A DNA stretch of 43,248 bases from Octopus sinensis (Eukaryota). Of this stretch, positions 1 to 12,015 are shown one piece after another. The notes beneath the pieces were generated by a model. The model saw nothing but the letters and a program-made list of their open reading frames with translations, ran no database searches and was not told the origin of the DNA. Position numbers and translations under genes: made by a program. Within the stretch, counting starts at the first letter, position 1. Every line of letters starts with the position of its first letter. Location: contig NW_021826242.1 in assembly GCF_006345805.1 (NCBI RefSeq), positions 1 to 43,248 of the forward strand, read 5' to 3'.

Positions 1-215
1 AAAACTATGATGTTCCCCACACTACTTCTCCTTGTGATCAGAGATGCACCTATAATCATCCAATAAGGGACATGCTCAACTGATTAAGGTCAAACAACTG
101 ACAAGCAAATCTGTGGTATTGAGCAGAATATTTGCTGCAGCCCATCTCTTACACCAAGACAAAACACATACATGATAACACTTCCAATCAGTTAAGATCA
201 GAAGCCATGAGTGCT
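1..215 (-). repeat. Probable interspersed-repeat remnant, truncated by window edge
   Basis: Resembles a common octopus repeat from memory only; no second copy in the window. Confidence 0.3.
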
Positions 216-881
216 AGTGCCGCCCATTGTTGAAATGTTCAGATCATCGTATTCACACATAAAATAAAAAACGATGACATATTGTTACCATGGTATTCTT
301 TCATATAAGATATCCTAATCCATGTCCATTACATTTCAATGACTGTAAAACCTTATTATAAAAACAGAATTATCGCGTGAAAATTTTTCTGAGCCCTAAG
401 CTACTTACACTGGCCGTATATTCCCACTGAACTAGTTATCCACACATTTTAAAATTTATCTTCTCCTCAACGTTTGCATACCGTATCAGATATCTATATC
501 AATGGTATTATCACTAATATTAAAATATTTTAATCATAATATATCTTAAATTTTAAATACCATTATATTCATAATACCATTTCTTATCTTTTCATAATTC
601 ATGAAAAACATTTCTTATCTGTTATTCTTATCTATTAGTTCTCTTAATTAATATATTTATATATATATATTTTTAATTCACTATTTTATCAATACCATTG
701 AAATAATGTTTCTTATCTTTTTTAGTCACCATACAGATAATAATACATATATTTAAAAAACAGCAACTACAAAATTCCTCTACGTTCTACGTTTACAAAC
801 ATTGTAGGAAGGCAAGCGCAAAGTATTAACGAGAAATCCGTGAACAACGGTTAATTGACATAATGTATCGCATCAGCCTTA

Positions 882-1454
882 TAATGGGTGGTCCGGAAAG
901 TTCGTGCCGATTTATAGCAGCTTACATTTTGACTTATTTTAGAACATGTTTGAGTCCATAAAATAGGATTTGACTACACCTCCATTTAGAGCACAGTTTA
1001 AGCTATCTTTTCGTGGAAGAAGGTTTATGTTCCTATAACCTGTGTTAATTCTGTAATCCTTTAAATTAGAAGATAACAAAGTTCATTTTCGGCACTTGAT
1101 GCTTTTCTTTTTCCGAAAAGGGAAAAATGCCTCACAAGCAACCAAAGAAATATGCGCAGTTTAAGGTGATGTTCCTTTATCCGAAAGAAATGTACGGAAG
1201 TGGTTCGCAAGGTTCCGAGCTGGAGATTGTAGCCTTATTGATAAAGAGCGGTCAGGCAGACCATCCACCACAGATGATGATCAAGTCATTCATGGAGAAT
1301 AACACACATTACACAACCCGAGAATTGGCAGAAAGCCTCAACCTATCAAAATCTGTCGTTCATGAGCACCTGGTAAAGCTTGGGTAATGGCAAGTATTTA
1401 TTAACCTTCTTCTTTCCTTTAAAAATGGGCACGAACATTCCGGACAACCCAATA
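882..1454 (+). mobile_element. Internally deleted mariner, about 573 bp, copy 1 (DNA-binding-domain ORF decayed)
   Basis: TIRs TAATGGGTGGTCCGGAAAGTTCGTGCCGATTT and AAATGGGCACGAACATTCCGGACAACCCAATA; relic of HFRHLMLFFFRKGKNASQATKEICAV...ERSGRPS...TTRELAESLNLSKSVVHEHLVKLG*; ATG lost, premature stop and frameshift; homologous to 26538-27111. Confidence 0.92.
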
Positions 1455-1638
1455 TTTTATTGCTTTCTGTCATTCTTCCTTTATTGCTTGTCTGGTTTAC
1501 ATTATTCTTTGCTTCGTCCCTTTTCTGTTGTTTATTATTTGTATAAAGAACCATTCCCAATTTCCTGCAATAACTGGTCTGCACATAGCCTTTGTCACAA
1601 AACCATATTTACCGCAATAACGATGGATTATCTACTTG

Positions 1639-1848
1639 GGAGCTGGCAGAACCGTTAGAACGCCGGGCGAAATGCTTACCGTTAATTCGTCTTTCTTTAT
1701 GTTCTGAGTTCAAATTCCCCTGAGGTCGACTTTGCCTTTCATCCTTTCGAGGTCGATAAATAAAGTACCAGTTACGCACTAGGGTTGATCTAATCAACTG
1801 CCCCCCTCCCCCAAAATTTCTGGCCTTGTGCCTAGAGTATAAAAGAAT
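1639..1848 (+). mobile_element. SINE family A (GGCGAGCTGGCAGAATCG... / CCTTTCATCCTTTCGGGGTCGAT body)
   Basis: Matches more than 15 other copies in the window. Confidence 0.85.
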
Positions 1849-2074
1849 GTCAATTTGGGGAGAAAAAGATGTAGCCGTGTAGCGTTCAACTTTCAACTAC
1901 TGTGCATATATATATATACACACGTACATACATACATACATACATGCACACATACACATACGTGAAATTGTAAAGATCTTCTGGACGATAAATAACGAAG
2001 AATGTGCAATGTCCTTCTCTCGTCTGTGAATTTCCAGCTTGTTTCTTTATTGTGTCTTTGTTTAATTTTTGGAA

Positions 2075-2108
<34 letters not shown>

Positions 2109-2112
<4 letters not shown>

Positions 2113-2422
2113 CAACATGATCACCATGACCGACCAGGCTATCAGATGTTGCTACACATCGCTGGTCACAATGCGCTTCTCTTTGTTTTAGCCTTCAAAT
2201 GACGCCACCCCGCTGGCTAAGTGAGCAGGCTAACAGAAGAAAGAGCGAGAGAAAGTTGTGGCGAAGGAGTACAGCAGGGATCGCCACCACTCCCTGCTGG
2301 AGTCACGTGGAGCTTTCAGGTGTTTTCGCTCAATAAACACTCACAACGACCGGTATGGTAATTGAAACCGCGATCCTACGACCGCGAGTCCGCTGCCCTA
2401 ACCACTGGGCCATTGTGCCTCC
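2109..2422 (-). mobile_element. tRNA-derived SINE family E, inserted in a (TA)n tract
   Basis: Pol III A-box-like TGGCCCAGTGGTTAG and B-box-like GGTTTCAATTACC on the minus strand; head and body shared with 6522-6815. Confidence 0.8.
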
Positions 2423-2439
2423 ACACACACACACACACA

Positions 2440-2621
2440 CACATATATAGAGAGAGATATATGTACATATATAAATACATATATAAATACTATATATATA
2501 CATATATAGATATATACATAATATATATATATATATTATATATATACATATATATATATATATACATATATATAATACATATATATATATATACATATAT
2601 ATATATAACATATATATATAC

Positions 2622-2684
<63 letters not shown>

Positions 2685-2702
2685 CATATATATAATATAT
2701 AC

Positions 2703-2735
<33 letters not shown>

Positions 2736-2763
2736 CATATATAGATATATATATATATATATA

Positions 2764-2848
<85 letters not shown>
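2440..2848. repeat. Long degenerate (TA)n microsatellite
   Basis: About 400 bp of TA with CA interruptions. Confidence 0.97.
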
Positions 2849-2850
<2 letters not shown>

Positions 2851-3211
2851 ACGAGAATGAGTCTTCAACACCGAACTGAGGGATAGAATTTCTTTATGTG
2901 CGTATTAAGACTACCATTGCTTTCATGTTAAGAAAACTATCATATCTTAAAAGACAATCTATATATACATGCATATATATATATGCAAACGCGCGCGCAC
3001 ACACACACACACACATATATATATGCACATACAGATACATATATGAGTACAAGACGTCACCAAATGGTAAACAACGTGAAATACGAAAGCAAATGAGATC
3101 AATACGAAAACAACGAGAGAAACAAATGGAAAACAGGACAAGTAACATAAAGAACGACGCTTTGTCAGTTGTCGACTGTCATTTCGAGGAGAAGATAGAT
3201 AGCCAAGTTAT

Positions 3212-3297
3212 GGAGGTGTAAACATACGAACATCGGTTGTCAAGCGATGGTGGGGGACAAACACAGACACACGAACAAATACATATGCATATATCTA

Positions 3298-3357
<60 letters not shown>

Positions 3358-3558
3358 TATATTATATATATATATATACATACATACACGACAGGCTTCT
3401 TTCGGTTTCCATCTACCAAATCCACTCACAAAGCCTTGATCGGTCCGAGACTATAATAGAAGACACTTGCCCAAGGTTCTAAGCAGTGGGACGAAACCCG
3501 GAACCATGTGGTTGGTAAACAAGCTACTTACCACACAGCCATTCCGCCATTCCTGCGC
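3212..3558 (-). mobile_element. tRNA-derived SINE family B with internal TA microsatellite, 3' part missing
   Basis: Reverse complement of GGCTGTGTGGTAAGTAGCTTG...GGTTCCGGGTTTCGTCCCACTG; homologous to 24992-25467 and 39300-39764. Confidence 0.85.
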
Positions 3559-3564
3559 GTATAC

Positions 3565-3594
<30 letters not shown>

Positions 3595-3601
<7 letters not shown>

Positions 3602-4101
3602 AAACTCTAGTTGTGTGAGTGTCTGTCCCCTTCGATTTAGATTCCTAACTCCTCCCACATTTTGCGGTGCAGTTTAACCAAATTCGGGTATCTTATAGTC
3701 GTGATTCATATCGAGCCCGTCTGACCATTAGCGCGCGTCAACGATGAGGCTACGATTTTAAAAATAATTTAACATCATTTTTTATTCCATTTTAATGCAT
3801 AAAATGCATCGTGTGTCGATGGCAGCGGATTTGGCGTCCACGCTCACAGTTGCACCTGTTTGCTTCTCCCCCTTCCCTCCCTCGTGAAGCTGTGGGGAAG
3901 GGAGTGTAAAGAAATCAACGTCGTAATGCGTTGTGAAGGAGACCAGCGTTCTTTTAGAACAACGACTTCATGGCTCGAAGACACCAAAACAAAAATGGCT
4001 AAGAAAGCCCGAATTGGCATCTATAAGGGAAGTAACTCTCTAAAAATGCTTATATAGTTATTTCCCTTACAAACCCGAGCAACGCCGGGCGATACTGCTA
4101 G
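3595..4101 (+). mobile_element. Non-autonomous Helitron, tandem copy 1
   Basis: 3' hairpin CCCGAGCAACGCCGGG, 8-nt spacer, terminal CTAG followed by T; high identity to copies 2 and 3. Confidence 0.8.
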
Positions 4102-4136
<35 letters not shown>

Positions 4137-4162
4137 ATGCGTGTGTGTGCGTGTATGTGTAC

Positions 4163-4200
<38 letters not shown>

Positions 4201-4213
<13 letters not shown>

Positions 4214-4707
4214 TCTAGTTGTGTGAGTGTCTGTCCCCTTCGATTTAGATTCCTAACTCCTCCCACATTTTGCGGTGCAGTTTAACCAAATTCAGGTATC
4301 TTATAGTCGTGATTCATATCGAGTCCGTCTGGCTATTAGCGCGCGTCAACGATGAGTCTACGATTTTAAAAATAATTTAACATCATTTTTTATTCCATTT
4401 TAATGCATAATTTTTCGTGTGTCGATGGCGGCGGAGTTGGCGTCCACGCTCACAGCTGCACCTGTTTGCTTCACCCCCTTCTCTCCCTCGTGAAGCTGTG
4501 GGGAAGGGAGTGTAATGAAATCAACGTCGTAATGCGTTGTCAAGGAAACCAGCGTTCTTTTAGAACAACGACTTCATGGCTTGAAGACACCAAAACAGAA
4601 ATGGCTAAGAAAGCCCGAATTGGCATCTATAAGGGAAGTAACTCTCTAAAAATGCTTATATAGTTATTTCCCTTACAAACCCGAGCAACACCGGGTGATA
4701 CTGCTAG
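4201..4707 (+). mobile_element. Non-autonomous Helitron, tandem copy 2
   Basis: Same unit; CTAG at 4704-4707. Confidence 0.8.
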
Positions 4708-5214
4708 TATATATATAAAACTCTAGTTGTGTGAGTGTCTGTCCCCTTCGATTTAGATTCCTAACTACTCCCACATTTTGCGGTACAGTTTAACCAAATT
4801 CGGGTATCTTATAGTCGTGATTCATATCGAGCCCGTCTGAGTATTAGCGCGCGTCTACGATGAGTCTACGATTTTAAAAATAATTTAACATCATTTTTTA
4901 TCCATTTTAATGCATATTTTTCGTGTGTCGATGGCGGCGGAGTTGGCGTCCATGGTCACACCTGCACCTGTTTGCTTCTCCCCCTTCTTCCCTCCCTCGT
5001 GAGCTGTGAGGAAGGGAGTGTAAGGAAATCAACGTCGTAAAGCGTTGTCAAGGAGAACAGCGTTCTTTTAGAACAACGACTTCATGGCTTGAAGACACCA
5101 AAACAGAAATGGCTAAGAAAGCCCGAATTGGCATCTATAAGGGAAGTAACTCTCTAAAAATGCTTATATAGTTATTTCCCTTACAAACCCGAGCAACGCC
5201 GGCGATACTGCTAG
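4708..5214 (+). mobile_element. Non-autonomous Helitron, tandem copy 3
   Basis: Head-to-tail with copy 2; CTAG at 5211-5214. Confidence 0.8.
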
Positions 5215-5260
5215 TATATATATATATATATTATATATATAATATATATATATATATATA

Positions 5261-5302
<42 letters not shown>

Positions 5303-5308
<6 letters not shown>

Positions 5309-5637
5309 AACAAAAACGCACTAGAAGACATTAAAAGATTCGGACAGATAAACGAGACAAAGGCGGAGAGAAACAACAATTAGAAGGAGAGGCAAACAAA
5401 GACGAGTCAGTCGTGGCTTTCTTTCCTCAGTCAGGTTCCGGAAGTTACGAGCATTTTGGGCAGTTACACAACAACGCAAGGACGTGGAACAAATACAGTA
5501 TTATTGGACGCTCAGGAAAGAAGGAAAGAAAGAGGGTTTAACGTTTCGAGCGGAGCTCTTCGTCGGAAACATACGAGAAGGAAAGATCCAGAGAAGGGAA
5601 GACAGAGGGAAAAAATCGCCAACGGTACACACGCGGT

Positions 5638-5640
<3 letters not shown>
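5303..5640 (-). mobile_element. Penelope-like (pLTR-type) retroelement remnant
   Basis: Contains a minimal HHR motif at 5536-5570; 5305-5478 is homologous in reverse to 13303-13470. Confidence 0.55.
5536..5570 (-). ncRNA. Minimal type-I hammerhead ribozyme motif (dimer type)
   Basis: GUUU-CCGACGA-A-GAGC(UCC)GCUC-GAAA-CG-UU/AAAC: stem I GUUU:AAAC, stem II GAGC:GCUC, palindromic stem III ACGU, GUU triplet; U4C variant core. Confidence 0.65.
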
Positions 5641-5674
<34 letters not shown>

Positions 5675-6089
5675 GTGTGCTTAACTACCTTTGAATGATT
5701 AAGAATACCTGTCCAGTGTTCTTAAACAATCCTGCATATTGATGCTTACCAAGCTTATCTCATCCACCGAATTACTTACTAGGCGTTATTAATTGAATAA
5801 ATTTTTTGGTTCCTATTTTTGTTAGTTTTATTTCTATTTTGATTACATTTGCATAATTTACAAATAATACTGATAGTTGCCGAAAATTTTACATGTTCAT
5901 ATTGACACGGTTGTATGATGAGAGATTTACGTCAAGTCTACCATCATTACGAAATCATTTTTAACAGACTGAATTACATTATAAACCGGACAAAGATTTA
6001 CTTCGCTGATTACGAAAGAACAAGACCAAAATATTGTCAATGATGCTTGCCAGAAAAATGAATGCAGTATTCGTCGTTTGACTAATATT

Positions 6090-6487
6090 CTTTTCTACTG
6101 GAAGTACAAGGCCTCGGATTTTGGGAAACGGATTAAGTCGATTACATCAACCCCAGTGTGCAATTGCTACTTATTTAATCGACCCCGAAGGGATGAAAGG
6201 CAAAGCTGACCTCGGCAGAAGTTAAACTCAGAACGTAGCGGCAGACGAAATACCTATTTTTTTACTACCCACAAGGGGCTAAACACAGAGAGGACAAACA
6301 AGGACAGACAAACGGATTAAGTCGATTATATCGACCCTAGTGCTTAACTGGTACTTATTTAATCGACCCCGAAAGGATGAAAAGCAAAGTCGACCTCGGC
6401 GGAATTTGAACTCAGAATGTAGCGGCAGATAAAATACAGCTACACATTTCGATGGCGTTCGAACGATTCTGACAGCTCGCCGCCATT
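6090..6487 (-). mobile_element. SINE A host containing a Tx1-tailed SINE A insert
   Basis: 17-bp TSD GTC(G/A)TTTGACTAATATT at 6073-6089 and 6488-6504; tail at about 6255-6320 followed on the minus strand by GGTATTTCGTCTG. Confidence 0.85.
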
Positions 6488-6521
6488 GTCATTTGACTAA
6501 TATTATTCCCCAACAGAGTGG

Positions 6522-6815
6522 TAGCACATGGCTTAGTGGTTAGAGCAGCGGACTCGCGGTCGAGGGATCGCAGGTTCGAATCTCAGAGCGGGCGATGTGT
6601 GTGTTTATGAGCGAAACACCTAAGCTCCATGCAGCTCCGATAGAAAGTAATGGCGAATTTCTGCTGACTCTTTCGCCACAACTTTCTCTCACTCTTTCCT
6701 CCTGCATCTTGCAGCTCACCTGCGACGGACCGGCGGCCCGGCCAGGTGGGGAAACTGTACGCCAAGGAAACCGGCCCTTATGAGCCAGGCATGGGTCGAG
6801 AAGGAACAAACATTT
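6522..6815 (+). mobile_element. tRNA-derived SINE family E with alternative tail
   Basis: A box TGGCTTAGTGG, B box GGTTCGAATC; tail CCTGCGACGGACCGGCG... also at about 35722-35820. Confidence 0.8.
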
Positions 6816-6825
6816 CCCAAGAGAG

Positions 6826-7125
6826 TGGGGCGAGCTGGCGGAATCGTTACCGCACCGGAAAAGCAAAGCTTAGTGGGTTCTATGTCATCGACCTACGTCC
6901 TCCGCTGAAATTACTATCCTTGCTCAAATTTGAAACCAATCTAAGGGAAGGCGGCGTGCTGGCAGATTTTCGTCTGTTTTAACTTTTTGAGTTCAAATTC
7001 CGCCTTGGTCGACTTTACCTTTCGTCCTTTCGAGATTAACAAAATAAATACCAGTTGAGCATTGAGACTCCGTAATGGAGTTATGCACTCGCCCGAAATT
7101 ACTAGGCCTATGCAAAAATTTGAAA
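6826..7125 (+). mobile_element. Degenerate SINE A fragments
   Basis: Head at about 6826-6865 and a second head/body at about 6948-7125. Confidence 0.6.
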
Positions 7126-8171
7126 ACAATATTATTTCCCAAGTGTTTATCAAAATTTAGTTTGTATTGCAACGCTTTATACATTAAACATGAACATTAG
7201 CTTACCGACTGAAATAAATTCACTGCAAAACAAGTTGCCAATAAGAAATAAATTATATTCTACTATTTTTCTCTCGTCTTCTTGAATTTCTGATTGCTTC
7301 AGCCTTTGTATCGAACGTCACTTCGATTTTCTTGCTTATCTCCATTTTTATTTTCCCGTTTCTTTCTTGTTTTATGTACGTCAATCATTGTCAATTCTCA
7401 GCTACACAAATACCTCATTCTGCTTCATATATTCCAAGTCTCTTTTACATCCATTTCTACGTCTTTGTTGCCTAGAAACTACAACAAAATATGGAAAAAA
7501 TATATTTCTCATGCGTGTCAGAGCTGACCGAATATGGACCACTCTCTAAAAACACCATATTTTTCTCTTTTCTTTTAATAGTTATTGATTTCAAAATACA
7601 CATACATACACGCATACATACATACACACATACATACATACATCATATATATTTGATTTTGTAAAAAAATGTCAAAATGTTCATATTCCCATATTTTTCT
7701 TCATTTTAGACATTAAAAAAATTTATTTTAATCATTTTTATATATATTTTAGAATAAAACTCGCTCTATTGCTTTTTAATACTTTATTTCATCCTTATCC
7801 GATTATTGATCCTTATAGCGATTTGTGTAGCATGACAGTTCGTTTTTCTTGTTCGTTTTCTTTTGTCTCTCTCTTTCTATATTGTTTATTGTGTATGTAT
7901 TCTTTTACACCAATGGTAATTGAATAACATGACAACCCAAAGCGCAATGTCATCTCAGGAATTTTTAATATAATGGCTAAGATAAATTTTAAAATATTAA
8001 ACGTATTATGACAAAAGTTGAAATATTTTCCTTCCCGTTCAAAACCGTAGTACATCTTATTTAAATTACCATGGAGACGAAACAAAATTTTATTCTAAGT
8101 AGTAAAGAAAGCTATTTGTATTTTATATACACACATCACGAATGCGTATATATATATATACGCATTTAAAT

Positions 8172-8205
<34 letters not shown>

Positions 8206-8337
8206 TATTATGAATATGTACATACGTATTTATGTGTCTGCATACATATCCCAAATACATAATTGATTGTTTTATAGTTCATGTAATTAATCACACTAAA
8301 CATGCACTGAATGAAGAGCACAATACCGATTGTAGTG

Positions 8338-8760
8338 ATAGAGCTGGCAGAATCGTTAGCACGCCGTATTAGCAGTATTTCATCCGTCTTCACGTTCTGA
8401 GTTCAAATTCGGCCGAGGTCGATTTCGCCTTTTATCCTTTCGGGGTCGATGAAATAAGTTCCAGTTGAGTACTGGAGTCGAAGCAAGTGACTATCCCCCT
8501 CTCCCATATTTCGGGCCTTGTACCTATAGTAGAAAGGATTATGATCATAATCAAGACAGCGAGATGGCAGAACGCCGGGCAAAATGTTTAGCGGCTTTTT
8601 GTCCGTCTTTACGTTCTGAGTTGAAATTCAGCTGAGGTCGACTTTACTTTTCAACCTTTCGGGGTCAATGAAATACTGGTTACTCACTGGGGTCGATGTA
8701 ATCGAATAGCCCCCACTCCCAAAATTTCAGGCTCTTTTGCCTATAGTAGAAAAGATTATG
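8338..8760 (+). mobile_element. Two tandem SINE A copies
   Basis: About 8338-8540 and 8555-8760; both end TAGTAGAAA(A/G)GATTATGAT. Confidence 0.85.
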
Positions 8761-9068
8761 ATTATTACTAATGGCGGCCGTTCACTTCGAATTTTCACTT
8801 CTCAAAAGTGTCTTGTATAAGGAAGCTTTCCTTAATTACAGTAGTATATAAGTAGTACCATATTTATAAGAGAGAAAAATATATTAGAGGCAATTTGTTC
8901 GATTGAAACCCTTCAAGATGTACCCTAGCGTGATCCCAGTCCATTCACTGAAACTAGTAATAGATAAAAGATAGGGTAGAAGGCATAGGTAAAAGACAAG
9001 GGGGAAGCTGGTAAGGACAACTTCACTATGTACTTTGTCGGCTTTTCAGTAATGGCTCTTTTGAATTG

Positions 9069-9413
9069 ACCTCAACCGGAATCCATATGGCCCCTGAGAG
9101 TCTGTTTAAGGTTTTTGGGGATCCAAGTACAAAATAATGAATTGGAGATTCACAGTAGTATTTTAAGGGCCCCTGAAAAATTTCGCTTTAGATATACATA
9201 TAATAGTAGTATTGCAAGAAACAGCTAGATTTCTTTCTCTAGCATTTTACATAGTTCAACCTACACAACATAATGTGTCAAAAACAAAATAAGAATTTTG
9301 AAAGACGTTTCTATAAAACTAGTGTTTAAACATCGAAAAGCTATGGGGGTCCGCTAAAATAAATTAGTAATCAAAGGGATCCACAGATAAAAAAAAAATG
9401 TTGAGAACCCCTA
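9069..9413. mobile_element. Probable hAT-type MITE, left TIR eroded
   Basis: Right end GTTGAGAACCCCT; left CTCAACC; internal GG(G/A)TCC subterminal motifs. Confidence 0.5.
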
Positions 9414-9444
9414 ATTTATACAAATAATCAGTGTTATGTTCTCC

Positions 9445-9590
9445 ATATTTGATCTAGTACTTATTTCATCGAAAGAATTAAAGACAAAGTCAACCTCGGC
9501 GGAATTTGAACTCAGAACGTAAAAGTCAAAAGAAATGTTACCAAGCAGATCGTCTGACGGACAATGAATTCTGCTAATTCGCCACCTTCT
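9445..9590 (-). mobile_element. Degenerate SINE A
   Basis: CAAAGTCAACCTCGGCGGAATTTGAACTCAGAACG. Confidence 0.7.
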
Positions 9591-9648
9591 TAATAATTAT
9601 TACTATTTCTAAATCTCATAATGAGAAATATTCAGCGACAGTACTTTA

Positions 9649-10039
9649 GAGTAAAGATTGTTTGCCAACATAGCATGGCAGTCATGGTTTAGGACGAATG
9701 TTGCTGTAATTTAGCCCCAGGAGACATCGTCTCCAACTGGCTATACGACACGATCTGTGTCCTTATATTTTCGAACAAGGGAATCTAGCATCTCCCACTC
9801 ACTCAAAACAATATCTGTGTATCGCGATTTCTGTGCTGATGAAGGGAAATAATCCGGAAATAGCGATACACAGATACTGTTTTGAGCTGAGTGGAGGTGA
9901 TAGATTCCCTTGTTTGAAAATATAAGGACACAAATCGTGTCGTATAGCCAGCTGGAGACGATATCTCCTGGGCCTAAATTACAGCAACATTCATCCTAAA
10001 TCAGGACTCCCATGTTATGTTGGCAAACAATCTTTACTC
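9649..10039. repeat. Long inverted repeat (arms about 183 bp, spacer about 25 bp), probably Penelope-derived
   Basis: 9649-9831 is the reverse complement of 9857-10039 at roughly 90% identity by eye. Confidence 0.95.
9830..9874 (+). ncRNA. Minimal type-I hammerhead ribozyme motif at the hairpin apex
   Basis: UCUGUG-CUGAUGA-A-GGGA(AAUAA)UCCG-GAAA-UAGCGA-UA/CACAGA; stem I 6 bp; the opposite arm preserves the palindromic stem III version AUCGCGAU. Confidence 0.72.
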
Positions 10040-10060
10040 CAACAATAATTCTGTCTGCAA

Positions 10061-10271
10061 GGCGGCGAGCTGGCAGAATCGTTAGCACACCGGGCGAAAT
10101 GCTTAGCAGTATTTTGCCTGTCTTTATGTTCTGAGTTCAAATTCCGCCGAGGTTGACTTTGCCTTTCATCCTTGCCTTCATTCGGAATCGATAAATTAAG
10201 TACCAATTGCGTATTGGGGTCAACTGGCCCCCTCCACGAAAATTTCGGGCCTTGTGCCTAGAGTAGAAAAG
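10061..10271 (+). mobile_element. SINE A, full length with TSD
   Basis: 17-bp TSD AATAATT(C/T)TGTCTGCAA at 10044-10060 and 10272-10288. Confidence 0.9.
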
Positions 10272-10288
10272 AATAATTTTGTCTGCAA

Positions 10289-10470
10289 TAAGTACAAGGC
10301 CTGTGATTGGGGTTAGTCGGACACAACAACAGCAGTGCTCAACTGCTACTTATTTTATCGACCTCGGAGGGATGAAAGCCAAAGTCGATGTCGATGGAAT
10401 TTGAACTTACACTTAATGTGTCGGAAGTAATGCCTCTCGGCATTTTGTCCGACGCACTAACGATTCTGCC
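10289..10470 (-). mobile_element. Degenerate SINE A, tail-to-tail with the previous copy
   Basis: Reverse complement of the family A body. Confidence 0.7.
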
Positions 10471-11351
10471 TACTCGCTGCATTCTTAATAATAATAATAA
10501 TAATAATAACGATTTCTAAGTTTAGTACATGTCCTTGTATATATTCTATTAATTCCAATATAATAAAAGGCAAAGTCTAATTCATTACGTCGTGAATGCA
10601 ATGAAGCGTAACGAAACACAAGGTATTTAGTCCTACACTACACTTTCCTACTTCTACTTTAACAAGAATATCAGTTTTAGCTATTACAATAATAGCTAAG
10701 GTTTTTTGTATTTTTAAAAAAATTAAATATTAATCTCGATTAAGGAAAGGCTCGCGATCTCACCCACCCTTCTTTATCATGAACACCTCTCATCCGTACC
10801 ATATACTTACCCCTCCATCCTGCACCCTTATCTCCGAACTATACCACATATTTGCACCCTGAATCCATTCCAAGTACCCATACCACACATCCACCCCATT
10901 CTCTTCGCGAAATATTAAAAAACACGAAACTCAGTGAAGTAAAATGATGACATAATGGATTCTAAGAATGGATTAACTCATTTTCCTTTCCTGCATGGAA
11001 ATGCATCATGCAGTAAGTTTCATTAGGTGCAGCGAATTTCTGGGTTGCTGATTGGCTCGTTAAATGAAGCGTGGCAATTAATCAACCAAAGATAGCAAGT
11101 ATCGGCAAGGAAGTCGCTCGAAGTGAAACTAGAGCACATCTGTGAAAAATGAGCTGATTCATCAAAAATTTCTAATTGCAAACGCAGCTGAATTTAAAGA
11201 AAGGGTAAAGTAACGGATTAAAATGCCTTACACAATTTAGCTTCGTCATCCGATATTCTGAGTTCGAATTCCACCGGGGTAAGTAATAGTAAACATTTTT
11301 TTTTTTATACAACCAAGGGCAATAAAAATAATTAAGTCATTGATCGTTTAG

Positions 11352-11990
11352 GTAGTGGTGTGGCTGTGTGGTAAGAAGTTTGCTTCCTACTCGCATGGTT
11401 CTGTGTTCAGTCCCACTGCGTGGAACTTCGGCGAGTAGATTTAGTAGATAGAAACTGGCAGAAGCTTGTATCTATCAATTTATCTATCAATCTGTGTCTC
11501 TAAGTTCCCACCATGAAGGCGTGTGGCTTAGTGGTTAGGGGCATTCGGCTCACGATCGTAAGGTCGAGAGTTCAATTCCCAGCGACGCGTTGTGTCCTTG
11601 AGCAAAACACTTTAATTCACATTGCTCCAGTCCACTTAGCTGGCAAAAATGAGTATTACCTGTATTTCAAATTGCCAGCCTTGTCACTGAATCTCCCTGC
11701 GAATTACGTTAAGTGTACACGTGTCTGTGGAGTGCTCATCATATCAGCAGAGACCCTCGTCATCTGAACCGATGGAGTGCTCCTTTTAGAAAATATGTTC
11801 CCACCATCGCTCATCAACCGTTGATGTTTTGTTTGCGCTCCACTAGCGGCTCGGGAAAAGGGAAACAAAATATTCAGTTCTAGGCTTAGCGATAAGTACT
11901 GGGTCAGTCCATTCGACTATAACCCTTCGAGGCGGTACCACATCATGACCGCAGTTTAATGACTAAGACAACTAAACGAAACAAAAAGAC
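11352..11990 (+). mobile_element. Old SINE B interrupted by SINE D
   Basis: 5' half at about 11352-11470, 3' half at about 11800-11990. Confidence 0.7.
11515..11796 (+). mobile_element. tRNA-derived SINE family D (CTTGAGCAAAACACTT body), nested insertion
   Basis: A and B boxes; 11-bp TSD GTTCCCACCAT at 11504-11514 and 11797-11807. Confidence 0.88.
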
Positions 11991-12015
11991 AGCAAATATT
12001 TTCAGCGATTTTTAT

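Noticed and set aside
2330-3482. Many I/Y/H/T-rich ORFs here and throughout the window
   Set aside because: Translations of TA, CA and TG microsatellites
3595-5214. CRISPR-like or satellite interpretation of the tandem units
   Set aside because: No repeat-spacer structure; units carry Helitron termini and a dispersed copy exists
6522-6600. tRNA gene calls for SINE heads (also 11515, 22548, 39300)
   Set aside because: A and B boxes are present but they continue into SINE bodies, with no convincing cloverleaf
7286-7325. CTGATTG...GAACGTC hammerhead-like string
   Set aside because: Core, GAAA and stems do not fit
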